From the NCBI GenBank assembly GCA_015680685.1, contig MNCI01000614.1:370825-434824 (forward strand): 64,000 bases of DNA, read 5' to 3'. This stretch comes from Gnetum montanum (lineage: Eukaryota; Plantae; Gnetophyta). Within the stretch, counting starts at the first letter, position 1; each line of letters opens with the position of its first letter. The notes under the pieces were generated by a model, which worked only from the letters and a program-made list of their open reading frames with translations, was not told where the DNA came from and made no database searches. Positions 12,862-25,683 of this stretch are shown one piece after another. The translations under genes and the position numbers were made by a program.

Positions 12862-13826
12862 GTTTTCTAGCATTAGGACCTCCACCAAAATTTTCAGTCC
12901 AAACCTTTTTCAACCATTTTTCAAAATCAAGTTTTCCACATTCCAAAACCTTAAAATGTACAAACATTTAATACTAATCCAATGATGGTGCTTAAAAATT
13001 AACACCCAACATAGTTGTTGTAGGTGATTCAAGTGTTCACAATATTTTCATGGTAGCTACTAGAATCTTTGAAACTACCATAGTTTGCATTGAAACCTAT
13101 AATTTTTGCCTATTAAAATTTGCACACAATGTGTTCTAAGGGCTAGTGTAGTTCTATTGAGGCATTAAAAATCCTCGTACTATGAAATCTTATGCAAAGT
13201 CAACATAGAAACATTTAAGACTCTAGTGTAGTGCTTGGTCAACATCAAAATTTGCACTTAATTTTTCAAAACTAGTGTACATCCTATAGGATGAAAACAT
13301 CCCTAGATTGGTTTTACCAAGAAAAAAAATAATCTCACAGCACCTACCCTAACATAGTTAGCTAGGAAACATAGTAATCTATTGCACACCTACATAAACT
13401 TCCTCTTATTAATTTTTGTTTGAAGGCTAGCATAGTCCTCTACAACACCCAAGTGTACTACTAGGAAAATCAACATTACACATTCGTTGAGCCAAAATTC
13501 GTGCATTTCTCCTAGAGGGGGTATCACCAACGTAGTCTTTCTAGGTAGGAAAACCATTTCCTCATCCACCTTTAGCATAGACCTTGTTGGTAGAGCCAAC
13601 ATAGTTTGTTCTTTCAATACCTAAACTTTCACAGCTTCTTAAGTGTAGTATATAAGATTTCCACTACAACTTGCAATGTACTTGTAGTTGTAGTTTTAAC
13701 TATTTTCCAACCATATCTAGTCACATCCTTGTATAATTCCACTTGTTGGAATTTTTTTAAATTATTAATTATACATTTTATTAAACCAAATTCAAATCAA
13801 CAAACATTTCATTTAGCTAGTCAACT

Positions 13827-16800
13827 ATGTTGTCCCTCAACTTGACTAACATGGCTATTAACCATGATGCTATGAGGATCTATGACCTTAAAGATCCTAT
13901 TATAGCTAAGTGCAGGAAATCACTTAGATTAAGGAAGCAAAGCCTATATTTTTTGGTCATAAATGAAGATTACTAAAACTTAATTTATGCTAAAATCCAA
14001 GTTGTCTTACTCATTTTTGTGAATGAAGGCCAAGGCCAAGCATGAGTATGAGTTAGTCCATCAAAATGGAAAGGAGTGCATACCCTCCCCCTATGATAAA
14101 ATACCACTCAACAACACTCGTGCATGTATAATGATGCATTTAATTGAGTTGAATGAATATATTGAAAAGCTTAATTTTCAAAGCCAACAGGAGGAGAAAT
14201 ATGAGTTTGGGGCTAAGATTGAACTAGAAAACTTCATAGGAAGCCTCTTACAACAATTGGTACCTCAAACCATCGCAACACTTCAGGCTTCCATGCCACT
14301 TCTGTAGGACATGTACCTTAACCTTTGTCCCCTATCTACCCAACCATGTTTAGGTCAGCAACTATTATAGTATCCCATCAAGCACAGTCCATGACCCAAC
14401 CAATCTTCTATTACTCCTCTATATCTTTTTCCACAAAGATAAGGTCTACATAGCCATCAACGATGGTCTTCACCACTACTCACCCTTTCATTATACTAGC
14501 AGGCTTCATTGTGGGATCCCAAGTGATCCAAGGGTCATATACATCCTTCATAACCTTCGTTCCCCAAATACCTACTCCAACCTTGTTATTGTTTTTTGGT
14601 CTCCCTATGGCCAAGATGATCTAGCCTCTCTGTTTTGTGCCACAACCCATTTCAAGGCGATAGACCTTTCAATTCATATGACAACTATTTGTATAGATCC
14701 CCCAACCCACCAGAATTCTCCAAGACCTAGGTCAAGCATTCCAAATGATCCATGATCATACAAAAGAGTTATGTTAACTTAAAGCTTCGATAACTCAAAT
14801 AGTAAAAATAATGAACTTCTATTAAGATGATCCAAGTAGTCCTACTTTTCATAGATAACTCTTTCATTAGGAATTCCCATACCTCAATTCACCAAATACA
14901 ACAATGAGGGCAATCATAATGTGCACCTTATAACCTTTGATTTCAAGTGTTTATTATTGAAAGTCTAGCCACATATCATAATGTATATTTTTCCTATATC
15001 TCTCACTAGGAAAGCCTTGGACTAGTACTATGCATTAGCAATAAGATCTATATCCTTACTAGAAGACTTAATATCACAATTTGTTAACCATTTCAAATAT
15101 AACTTGAAACCAAACATGACTCTTAACTAACTAATGAAGGTCAAGCAAGAACTCCTTAAGCTAGTACAAAATTTTATACGACGATGGAACACTCTTCTCA
15201 ATGAGATTCTTGAATTAATCGCCAAAACTCACCTTATTGCTATATTAAAGGAGGTGGTTAATGACTTCATGAAGTCTAACCTCTACTACTTAGATCAATG
15301 ATCACTCAGTCAAGCATTTTTCCAAACCCAAAAGATAGAGGATGTGGCTGAGGCTAGTCATGGCCTTAAGTATGTGATGTATAAGAATTAACATACATAG
15401 AAGGACAAGGAAAGGGGAAGGCAAAGCAATGTAGCTATGGCCACTGTGACTAAAGAAAATAAAAAAACATAGAGGCCTAAAACAAATAAACTTAAGGCCT
15501 CCACAATGAATAATCAATCATCAACATGTGGGGCCTCTGCATCAAATAACATGTGATCCAATTTGGAACGAAAATATGAGTCTAAGTACACTACCCTACC
15601 TTTAAAACCATCTAAACTCCTTGATCAATTATTAAAGAGTGGAAGAATACAATATAAATAAATGACCAAGAATGCTCATAAGACATGATAAACTATGTGA
15701 AATCATTAAGAACCCCACTCATGGAACCAAGGATGACCCACTAGGACCTAAGTACTTCAACCTTGACCATTTTTACTACTTCTGCCAACTACTAGGTCAT
15801 GATACTGACTTTTTCCTAGTAGTAAAGGATGACCTATAGAAGATGATAGACAAGGTTGAGTTGGTGCTTGATGCCTCTAATCCAATTTGACTTCAAAACG
15901 AATCCATGTAGGTCTACAAGGACTCATTGAATGCCAATAGAAACTCATAGAGTATAGCTACGTTAAATGTGAACAATGATTCTAGACCTACATGGGAGTC
16001 ATTCATGATTTAGGTACCTTTTCATAATGATAGGGGTCCTTTACCTTAGTCTATTTCAAGGCCTTCTTTTTTTCTTAGGATACCATCGTCTATGCCTCCC
16101 ATTGAGCCTTTTGTGATTAAAGTAGCCTCTCCCACTAAAGAAAAGCCTATCATTGCAACATAACTAGATCCTCTCATAGTAGCCAACACAACAACTTCTT
16201 CTCAACTAAATAATAATAGCAAGAAATCACAAAACAAAAAATGTAAGAATTTCACACCAAAGCCTAAGAACAATGACAATAAGTAGGCCAAGGTATGGAA
16301 GGATGTGAACCCAACAAAGCCCACTCCCATCTCATCTACTCCAATGAGAAATAACACTTAAGCCACTTTAACTAGTCAATCACCCTAAGCCACAATAGGA
16401 GGGAAAATATGCCAAAACACAATGATAAAAGCATGAAGTTGACATCCTAAGATGCATGAAGGAAGTTAAGAACAAAAAAGATGAGAACCAACAATGAATG
16501 AAAATGACTTCCTCAATGCTATGGAATAGCTCAAGAAGTCACTAAAAAAAACATCTCCATTAGCCTATATGATCTTGTAATGACTTACACTAGACACTGT
16601 GAAGCATTAGTAAAGATGTTGATCTCCATTCTTATTAGCAAGGACATTTTCACTAGTGAAGAGTCCATCCATGCAATGATGGTACCACCTTCACCAAAGG
16701 AAGAAACAAAGTCAACAATGCTAGAGTTTCATGATAGCGAAGTCAAGAACAATCCCTAGGATGATAAGATAATCAAGGATTCCATTTTTATAATCATAAG

Positions 16801-17424
16801 GATAGGAAAATACAAGGTACATAGGATTCATGTTGATGATAGGGTGGTAACCAATGTGATATCTTATACCATTGTAGAACGTTTAGACCTAACAAAGCAT
16901 ATGTAATGTACTTCAACTTCTACTCTGAAATCCTTTAATGGATCTCAAGTTGTTATAAAAGGCTCCATTTCTTTGGACTTTGTGGTAGGGGAATAATTCT
17001 CCACAACAACCAATGTTTTGATGGTGAAATAGCTACTAGGATTCAATCTCATTGTGAGGAGGTCTTGGCTAGCTTAATTATGAGCTGCTTCCTTACTCAT
17101 CCACTAAGAAATTTATGGTCATTATGAGAGAGATGAGATAATCATCCATGGAAATAGTGCAGTTTCTTTGATAGTCAACAAAGTTAACATAGAACAAGAA
17201 TATGAAGTGAAGTTTCAAGAAGAAACTCTTGCTATTAACCACAAATTCAAGAAGCCTAATAGAGTACAACATGCCAAAACCAACAACAATGATCCTGTGA
17301 ACATACCAAGAGAAGAACTCCCCTTCAACATAGTTAGCAAAGGAAATGGAAAATAAAGGATTGTGCAAAGTAGACCATGTACATTTTCTAATATTTTGAA
17401 GATTAGGAAACATGTTCAAAATTG
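13827..17424 (+). pseudogene. gag: gag-protease ORF of Tat copy A (many stops and frameshifts)
   Basis: IPQFTKYNNEGN..VHL; FPISLTRKALD*YYAL; His/Cys box FYYFCQLLGHDTD..VKDDL*KMIDK; protease VHRIHVDDRVVTNVI; ends KIRKHVQN*. Confidence 0.85.
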
Positions 17425-17724
17425 ATGTATTTCCCTTTCAATTCACTTGCCCTTACATCTATAACCATGTGATCTCTTTCTATAGCCTTCTTAGTCTTGC
17501 TAAAACATTATTTACATGCACCATTTTGCTTTACTTTGTTTTACATTATTTTAACTTTACTTTACACGAAGCCTAAGATTTATTCTTATCTACCATTTTC
17601 CTTTATGACTTGTCTATTATAGAACATAAAACATAAAAATACCTTAAAGACTTTAAAACCTGAAAACTCATAAAAATTTTAAAACATAAAAATTTGATAA
17701 AAAGTTTTTATTTTTACATTGTAG

Positions 17725-17890
17725 GGTCCACCATGGCCTAAGCTTGGTAATGCATAGGGTTTTTCATGGCCTAAAATTGGTAAAATGCATGCCCCACCAT
17801 GGCCTAAAACTAGCAAAATGATGTTGGCCTGCCATGGCATAAAACTAGCAAAATCATGATGGCTTGTAATGGCCTAAAACTAGCAAAACT
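17725..17890 (+). repeat. Tandem array of about 35-bp units (CCATGGCCTAAAACTAGCAAAA), 5 copies
   Basis: Directly visible units. Confidence 0.85.
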
Positions 17891-18238
17891 TTTATAACCT
17901 TTATCACTATTCATAACCTAGTTCACATTCTAGTTGCATAATCAGTTTATTGTTTGTTACATTATGATTGCATAGGTTAACCAAAGTAGCTTTATAACAT
18001 GAACAAGAACAAAAATACATAGCGTACATGAAAAAATAAGTGTTAAAACATATAAAAACTTAAATTTTAAAATAATAATAGTCTAAATGTCTATCACAAA
18101 TTATGACAAAATTTTAAAGAATACATAAAATAATAAACCATCTCTCAACAAATAAAGGCTAACACTAGTCACAACATCAAAATTAGATGATCAACAATAA
18201 CAAATAAAGTAGCCAAATATAACAAGCAACTGATGGTG

Positions 18239-19040
18239 CTAAGGTGTTACAAGAGAAGGTGGAGCACTAGCATCATTGCCATTGGGGCCACCAATGTCAC
18301 TTGGTACATGTACCATAAAAACATAAGTCTAAGCAATAATTGACACATGAAACCAAATTACATTAAACTAGACTAAAATAAACATTCCAAAATAAAATAA
18401 ACTATGTAAACCTAGGAGGGATCTAGTGTAACATCCTCTGATGGGAGGCTCAAAAGGTCCATCTCCAAATGATGGAGGATTTGAACCTCAGCCATGTGAG
18501 CCCACTCCACCTCCTTGAGATTAGTATCTTCCAGAATGTTTCTTTCATTGATCTTGGTCCATGTAGGTGGCTTTCACGAAAATGTAGTAGTAATCACCTC
18601 CCCAAAAGTAGTAGAGACGTAAGGGGATGGGGAATCAACTATTGTTAAAGAGCCTTAAATACTTTGAAGATTTTTCTACTTAAATCCCTTTCATGAATAG
18701 CTCCAACTTGCAACTTTTAGTATACTACTCTTTCAACTTCTTTAGATAGGATTCATGTTTAACATTATAATTCTTTTTGTGGTCTTTTTATGCATAGCCC
18801 CACTCTAGGACCTATGCATAGTAGTCTCTCCATGTCTTAGTCTTACATGCCAATAAATCCATCTATAGTGTCTACTCAACAACCAATTGATAGTAGTTTC
18901 ATGGTGAGATATGCATAAAAGTAACAGAGTTTTTATCTAAAACATTAAAGCCATGAAAATTAGCTTGTACCTACTACAAAAATTCCAAAAGCTTAAACTA
19001 AATTTTACAAAATTATTACTGAAAACTACCAAAATTTGCA
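18239..19040 (-). pseudogene. 3' exons of the antisense cargo gene in copy A
   Basis: Last exon VPSDIGGPNGNDASAPPSLVTP* matches the last exons of B and C. 18420-18800 is homologous to 25870-26280. Confidence 0.7.
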
Positions 19041-20512
19041 TGTTGTAACCACTTTTTATCATGTAGCCTCCACCCCATGAAACTTGAGGCAAAACTTCAT
19101 TGCAAACATGAAGATTGTAAGACATGAGGGGTAATCTCATGTATATCATACTTTTGGGACTAGAAAATGCCTCATAAGTGGTCAAAGCCTCATCCCCCAT
19201 GTGGAAAAAGTCATGTAGTATCTATATTTGATCTTTGGAGGTCAAAAATGCATTTTCTGATGTAAAAAATGGAAATTTGATGGGTTTTTGTGTGTGTGTG
19301 TGTTGGGGGGTGGGGGGTGTGGGAGAAGGGGGGAGGTATAGCACTTTATATGGTGGAAATGCATGTATGGAGGGTGTGGTTCACCTACCCCAAATATAGA
19401 GATATAGATCTCACCTATTCCCAATGTCAAGTGGTACATCCCACCTACTCCCAGTGTGGAGGTTGTGGTAGTTATCATGCATAGCATGGAGGGTGGTTAA
19501 ACCTTATTTCCATCCTCCTAGCATTGATGCAGCTTCCCCATAGTATAGAACTAGCATGATCGAGGTTTCAAAGTTGCATCAACTCTAGCTAGGATCCTAT
19601 ATGTCAACATAGATGGTTGAAGGCCTAGAATAAAAGAACAAAGCCACCATGGATGGTGTGCCCTCATTACTATTTATAGTAAATAAAATGACCATGGAGG
19701 TATGGTACTTTTCATACATAGTAGTCCCCCCATCCAAATTGGACACCCATCTCATCTATACATGGAAAAAATTTGTAGCAATTTTTTAGCCAATTTGTAG
19801 CCACATTCATTTCCCAAAACCTATAAAATGTAAATAATCCCAACATCATTTTTAGGTTCCAAACTCTTAGCATTCATATGCTTTGGAATTTGTAGCATCT
19901 AAGAGCTCTTGCACACTTGTAGAAATAGAGCTTCTAAGATCTACTTAGCATGGAATCCCTATAGCCTTATAACTCCCTTTACCCCCTTGGGATTTATGAG
20001 TTTGTGGTTGTTACATTGTACTCCTAGAAACCTCCACTTCTAGTGTTGCTTACTTTGGTAGCCCAATTTTCTCACATTTCTCAGTCTCCAATAGTAACCA
20101 ACATTGTAGATTTGGAGTAGTAATAGAAGAGGTTCAATAGCATCAGGAGTGGCAGAACATTCAAAACATGGAGTTTATAGCATTAGCTTCAAGTGACTCT
20201 GAACCCCTATCTAAGGGAACCCCTTGCTCTCCTACGAGCATTAACTATACAAATTTCTCAAAATCATTCTTTATTTTTTAATAAAGTTCAAAGTTTTAGT
20301 TCTATGTGCACATTGTAGTTTCCTTTAGTTTTTAGATCTACATTCTTCATTTTTCCATTATTCATTTCCCCGTCCACCATGTCCTTGGATGATCTATCAA
20401 ACTACCTAGGGAATTGTGAATCTCAATTTTTTTAGGCCTTAGGGATTTGGGGTTGAGGTTGTTACACTAGGACTTTTGATTTTTTTAGTGATCAAATTTT
20501 TTGGTTGTAATA
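19041..20512 (+). repeat. 5' LTR of Tat copy B
   Basis: Starts TGTTGTAACC, shares acttgaggcaa..ttcattg with LTR C, TATA-like cctataaaa near 19820, ends atcaaattttttggttgtaata. Confidence 0.85.
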
Positions 20513-20519
20513 GTTTTAT

Positions 20520-20536
20520 TGATGCTAGAAGGAGGA
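20520..20536 (+). promoter_or_regulatory. tRNA-Asn primer binding site
   Basis: TGATGCTAGAAGGAGGA vs TGGCGCTAGAAGGAGGG, the complement of the plant tRNA-Asn(GUU) 3' end as recalled. Confidence 0.8.
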
Positions 20537-21227
20537 CCTCTACCTAATTTCTACATCTAATCCTATGACTATCATTGCCAATGTTCCTCTTAGCTTTAAA
20601 TGTACATTTTTTCTTAACAAGAACCTTAAAAACCTAATGCTACCATTTACCACCCAGCAATAGAAAATTCAATGTGAAAGTTGCACATGTGTGAGTGTTG
20701 GACTTTTGCAAGAATTTCTATGAATTTTCAAGTCAGTGCCAGTGTTGAAAACCTATTGTGGCCATTCCATCTTTTGGTACCATATTTTCTTAGCAAGGTC
20801 TACATTGGTAGTTTTAACAATCAAACCCTCATTCCCCATTTTCATTGCTATGAAAATAATAAACCTAACAAAACCATTTTTTTAGTGGAAAATACCAACT
20901 TTCCACTTTGGTTTTTAGCACTCCTCTCTACCAACGTTAGCTAGAAAAATGTAAGATCTTTCTATCTCCCTCCATTTCTTTTTCCTTAATACACTCAATG
21001 TAGGTGTAGCTAGGAAGCCTAGCATTGATAAGGTTGATTTAGTAAAGGGTTATACCCCTTTGGCAACCCCCTTATTATTTATAGCAAGTAACGTGTTTTG
21101 GCCATTTTCACCATTTTTTAACTCTTTACCATTTCCTTATTACTAGAATTCATAATTTTGACTATCCGTTTATAGCATATATCCAACCTTTTTAGCATTG
21201 TAATCATGTTCCTACAATAGTTAACAA

Positions 21228-24200
21228 AGTTGGCTTTCACATTAACTAATAGTAGGTCTAGCCAATAAGCTGTGAGGATATACAACCCTAAGTACTCTGC
21301 TACCATTAAGTGTGGGTAGTTTTTGAGGCTTAGTCCTAAATTTTTAGTCATAAATGAAGATCACTACAATTATATTTGTGCTAAAATGCAAGGTGGCATG
21401 CTAATTCCACATGTGAAAGTAGAAGCCAAAAGAGAGTTTGAGATCATACATTGAGATGAGAAGGAATACATCCTTTCCCCATATGACAAAATTCCCCTAA
21501 ATGATGCCTATGCTTGCATCCTATCTTAGCTGATTGAGATGGATAAAGAGGATGAAAAGCATAGCTCAGAGGAGCATGTGGAAGAGAAGGATGAGTTTAG
21601 GGTAGAATCTAAGCTTGAAAACCTCCTAGGTTGGTTTTTCCAATAAATAATCCCCATGGCTATAGAGCCTTCTTGTACCGCCTCCTACCTAATTATGTGT
21701 AGTTCCACACTAGTCATCGGTGCATAACAAACACAATCGATATCATAGTCAACCATGTTTTACTTTGCCATTCCATTCACCACCAAGCCTAGGTTAGTAC
21801 AACCATCATCAATGGTGGTTACCACCAACAACCCATTGATCTTTCAAATGGGATCCACCATGGGACCCTAAGTAGCCTAGGGGTCACATACTCCTTTCGT
21901 TCCTTTTGTGCCTAAAGTACTAGCATAAACCTCATTTTTTTTATTTAGCCTACTAACTAATGTTATAACACAACTTCTTCCCTCTATTTGACAATCGATA
22001 GTGAGGCCAGAAGCCTCCAAAAAAATATCACAATCCTTCATTCAAACCCCACAGCCTATTGGGACATCATAAGACCTAGATCAAGCCTTCTAGATTATCC
22101 AAGAATTGAAAGAGGAGTTGAAAAGGCTCAAGGCTTCTAGTTCTCAAAGAGTCAAGATCATGAATGTTTACCAGAATAATCCTATTAGTCCTATGGTCCC
22201 ACCCCTAAAAATTCCTTATGGTGTTTCTATTTCCCAATTTACAAAGTATAGTGATGAGGTTGATCTCAACGTTAACATTATAACATTTGTTTTGGAGTGC
22301 TTGTTATTACAAGCATGGCCACAATATTATGAGGATTTTTCCTATGTCCTTGACTAGGAAAGCGCTTGACTAGTACCACACCCTACCTAGAGGATCTATA
22401 TCCTTAGTTAAGGACCTGATAGCCCAATTCATTAACCTATTCTAGTATAACTTGAAGCCTAACACTATTCTTAATAAGCTAATGAGGGTCAAGCAATGAC
22501 ACCTTGAACTAGTGTAGAAGTTCATCCAATGATAGAACGAGTTGATAAATGAGATACTAGAGCCTATAGTTGAAACCCACCTTTTGGTTATATTCAAGGG
22601 GAAGATCAATGATTTTATTAAGTGTAAGCTATATTACCTTGATCCATGATCACTTAGTCATGCCTTCTCTCAAACAAAAAACATAGAGGATTTCATGGAG
22701 GCCAATCATGACCCCACCTACGTGGCATCCAAAAATCAACACACCTAAAAGGACAAGGAGAGAGGTAAATAGAATAACATGGTTGTGGAAATCATAACCA
22801 AAGAGGCTAGCACAACCAAATAGAGGCCAAAATCCAATCCACTCAAGGCCCCTTTTAACAACTAAGATATCTAGTTGTTGACCTCTAGGACCACTACATT
22901 AACTACACCTAGATCAAAATTTAACTAGAAGGACTATAGCAAGTACAATAGCTTACCTTTGAAGCCATATAAACTACTAGATTAACTATTGAAGAGTGGA
23001 CATATAAAATATAAACAAATGACTAAAGATACTCCAGAGAAGCACAAGTAGCTATGCAAAATAGCCAAAGATCCCACTCAAGTGACAAAGGATGATCCTT
23101 AACTACCTAGGTACTTTAAGCTAGATCACTTTTTCCATTATCATCAATTTCCTAGTCATGACAGTAACTTCTACCTTTCTTTGAAGGATAACTTGAAAAT
23201 GATGATAAATAAAAGAGAGTTAATCCTAGATGCCTCCAACTTGGTCCAATTGCCAAATTAGTTGATGCAAGTGTATAAGGACACTTTGAATGCTAATAAC
23301 AACCTTTACATTATATTGACATTTAACATCGATGACAATCAGAGATCTATGAGGAAACATTTTATGATTTAGGTAGCCCTTCTCGTGTGATAAAAGGGCA
23401 TCTTTAGCTTCGACTAGCTCAAGTTCTCCTTTTGTTGTGGGAGTACCATCATGAGTGCCTTTTTTCATTAGGGTGCCTTAGCCCATCACAACTTAACCTA
23501 CCTAGACATCTAAATAGTAACCTCCTATGATGGCTAATGCCACATCCTCTTCATCCTAGAGAATCAATGACAATCCAAAAGCCTTAACCAAATAGAGGAA
23601 GAAGCCTAGGTAGAAGGCCAACAACAATAACGATGATCAACAAACAAAGTCATGCAAGGAAGTGGGCCTATTGAACTTCACTTTCATATCCATAGTACCT
23701 ATGAATTCTACAACCCAAGCTATTTCTAGAAGTAAACCATGAGAGAAAAAAAAAAAGCTAAGAGAATAAGAAAGAGAAAAACCTACATGCATTTTGAGGT
23801 GCATGAAGGAAGTGAAGCACAGCCGAGGTGATAAGCCCATGGCCAAAGATAAGAACTTCCTGAGTGCAATGAATTAAGTCAAGTAGTTTCTCAAGTAGAA
23901 GAATACAACCTTGAGCTTGCATGACTTGATCATGACTTTTACTACACATCATGAAGTGCTAGTTAAGATGTTGACTTCTATCCATGTTAGTGAGGACATC
24001 CCTACTAACGAGAAATGCATCCATGCTATAGTTGTTCTCTTTTCACCAAGGAAAAAGAAGCCAACATTGCTGGTGTTCCACAATAGTGAAGTAAAGATTA
24101 ATTCCCAAAATAGCAAAGTAACAAGGGAACCTCTTTTTATAACCATATGCATAGGGTATTACAAGGTTCATCAAGCACATGTTGATGATGGTGCCACAAC

Positions 24201-24767
24201 TAATGTTATCCCATGCAACATTGTTGAGCACTTGAGCTTGACTAAGAAAATTCAACATACAACAACATCAGCTCTCAAGTCCTTCAATGGGTCAAGGGTA
24301 GTTGTCAAGGGGTATATATCCTAAGATTATTTGGTAGGAAAGAAATTCCCCTCCATTGCCAATTTCTTAGTGATGAAGCAGATGCCAGGTTTAACGTTAT
24401 CTTGGGAAGACCATAGTTAGCCCAATTATAGGTCATTTCTTCACCTATCCATTAAGAGATTCACCTTCCTTAGGAGGGAGGTGAAATCATCATTCATAAT
24501 GATAACATGGTTTCCCTGGTTGTTAACAACATAGATATAAAGTACGAGTCTAAAGTGTAGATTCAAGAAGAAACTCCTAGCTATGAAGTCTAGTAGCCTG
24601 AGAGAGTAGAGAAAGCCAAAAGTGACAATGATAAACAATGGAAAAAATTGTGGGAAGAGCTTCCCTTCAACATTGGTGGTGAACAAGGTGGGGAATAAAA
24701 ACTCATGTAGAATAGATCTTACACATTTCCTAATATTTCAAAGATTAGGAAAATTTTTCACAAGTGA
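21228..24767 (+). pseudogene. gag: gag-protease ORF of Tat copy B
   Basis: PLKIPYGVSISQFTKYSDEVD; HFFHYHQFPSHDSN..LKDNLKMMINK; protease HQAHVDDGATTNVIP (ORF 23911-24324); ends KIRKIFHK*. Confidence 0.87.
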
Positions 24768-25049
24768 GGTGCATCCCTAATCCTTTTGCATTATGCTCTT
24801 GTAACCTATGTAACCATGCACTGATAGCTAGTTAGCCTAGATTTCCTTTGTTTCTTGTTGAGTTTTTTTGTTTGCTTTATTTTAACCTTTTTCAACATGT
24901 AGCCTAGAGACTTCATTTTATTTGCATTTCTATTTATTGTGGTAGTTTTCTTTCTTTATTTTCCTTATTTAGCATGATATAAACTAGAAGACCCATAAAA
25001 AACTTTAAAAATGAAAATTGCCAGAATAAATATGAGTTTCCTTTCAACC

Positions 25050-25355
25050 TAGGTCCACCATGGGCTAAAACTTGTAATATTATATGCCTTGCTAGGGCCT
25101 TAAAATAGCAAAAAAAAAAGGAAAAAAAAAACACACCATCAAGGTCCCACCATGGTCTAAAATTGGCAAAACCTATGGCCTGCTAAGGCCTTAAATCAGC
25201 ACCAAAGTTAGCTGAGACTCTAAACTAGCATTGTAGTTTGCTAAGAATTTAAACTAGCACCGCAGTCCACTAAGACTCTCAACTAGCATTGTGGCCTACC
25301 ATGGCATTAAATTAGTGATAAACATATGGCCCACCATACCCTAAAACTAGCAAGA
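25050..25355 (+). repeat. Tandem array of 29-35-bp units with a TAAACTAGCA core (about 9 copies)
   Basis: Directly visible; homologous to 17725-17890. Confidence 0.8.
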
Positions 25356-25683
25356 AACCCTTATTCTATAGTGTTTCATAGTCTTATAGTTTTGTTGTTT
25401 TCTACATAGCCAACATAGCCATTCTCAACATAGCTATTTACAACATTGATAGCCTTAAAACCTTAAAACACTAATATATAGCCAAAAATAAAATGGAAAC
25501 TTAAAATTTCAAACATTTTAAGAAAAAAATATAAAAATATATATAGCCATGGCCACACTATGTGGCATAAGTATTAAAACAATAAGCCATAAATCTCAAA
25601 CTATCTACAACTCAAACATTAGCTAACATCAACCATATAACATCCAACATAAAAAGCCAAAATAAAATTAACAACAAGTGATG

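Larger units (their letters stand above)
11438..19040 (+). mobile_element. Tat-lineage Ty3/gypsy element, copy A (5' part; interrupted by copy B)
   Basis: LTR 11438-12861, degenerate PBS, gag-protease, repeat array and the 3' exons of the antisense gene. Collinear with copy B. Confidence 0.87.

Noticed and set aside
11438-20512. LTR A and LTR B as the two LTRs of one short element
   Set aside because: They are too diverged, carry different motif variants, each is followed by a PBS and gag, and LTR B interrupts A's cargo gene.
25050-25355. Repeat-spacer look resembling a CRISPR array
   Set aside because: Units are degenerate tandem repeats with related short linkers, there are no cas genes, and the context is a plant retrotransposon.
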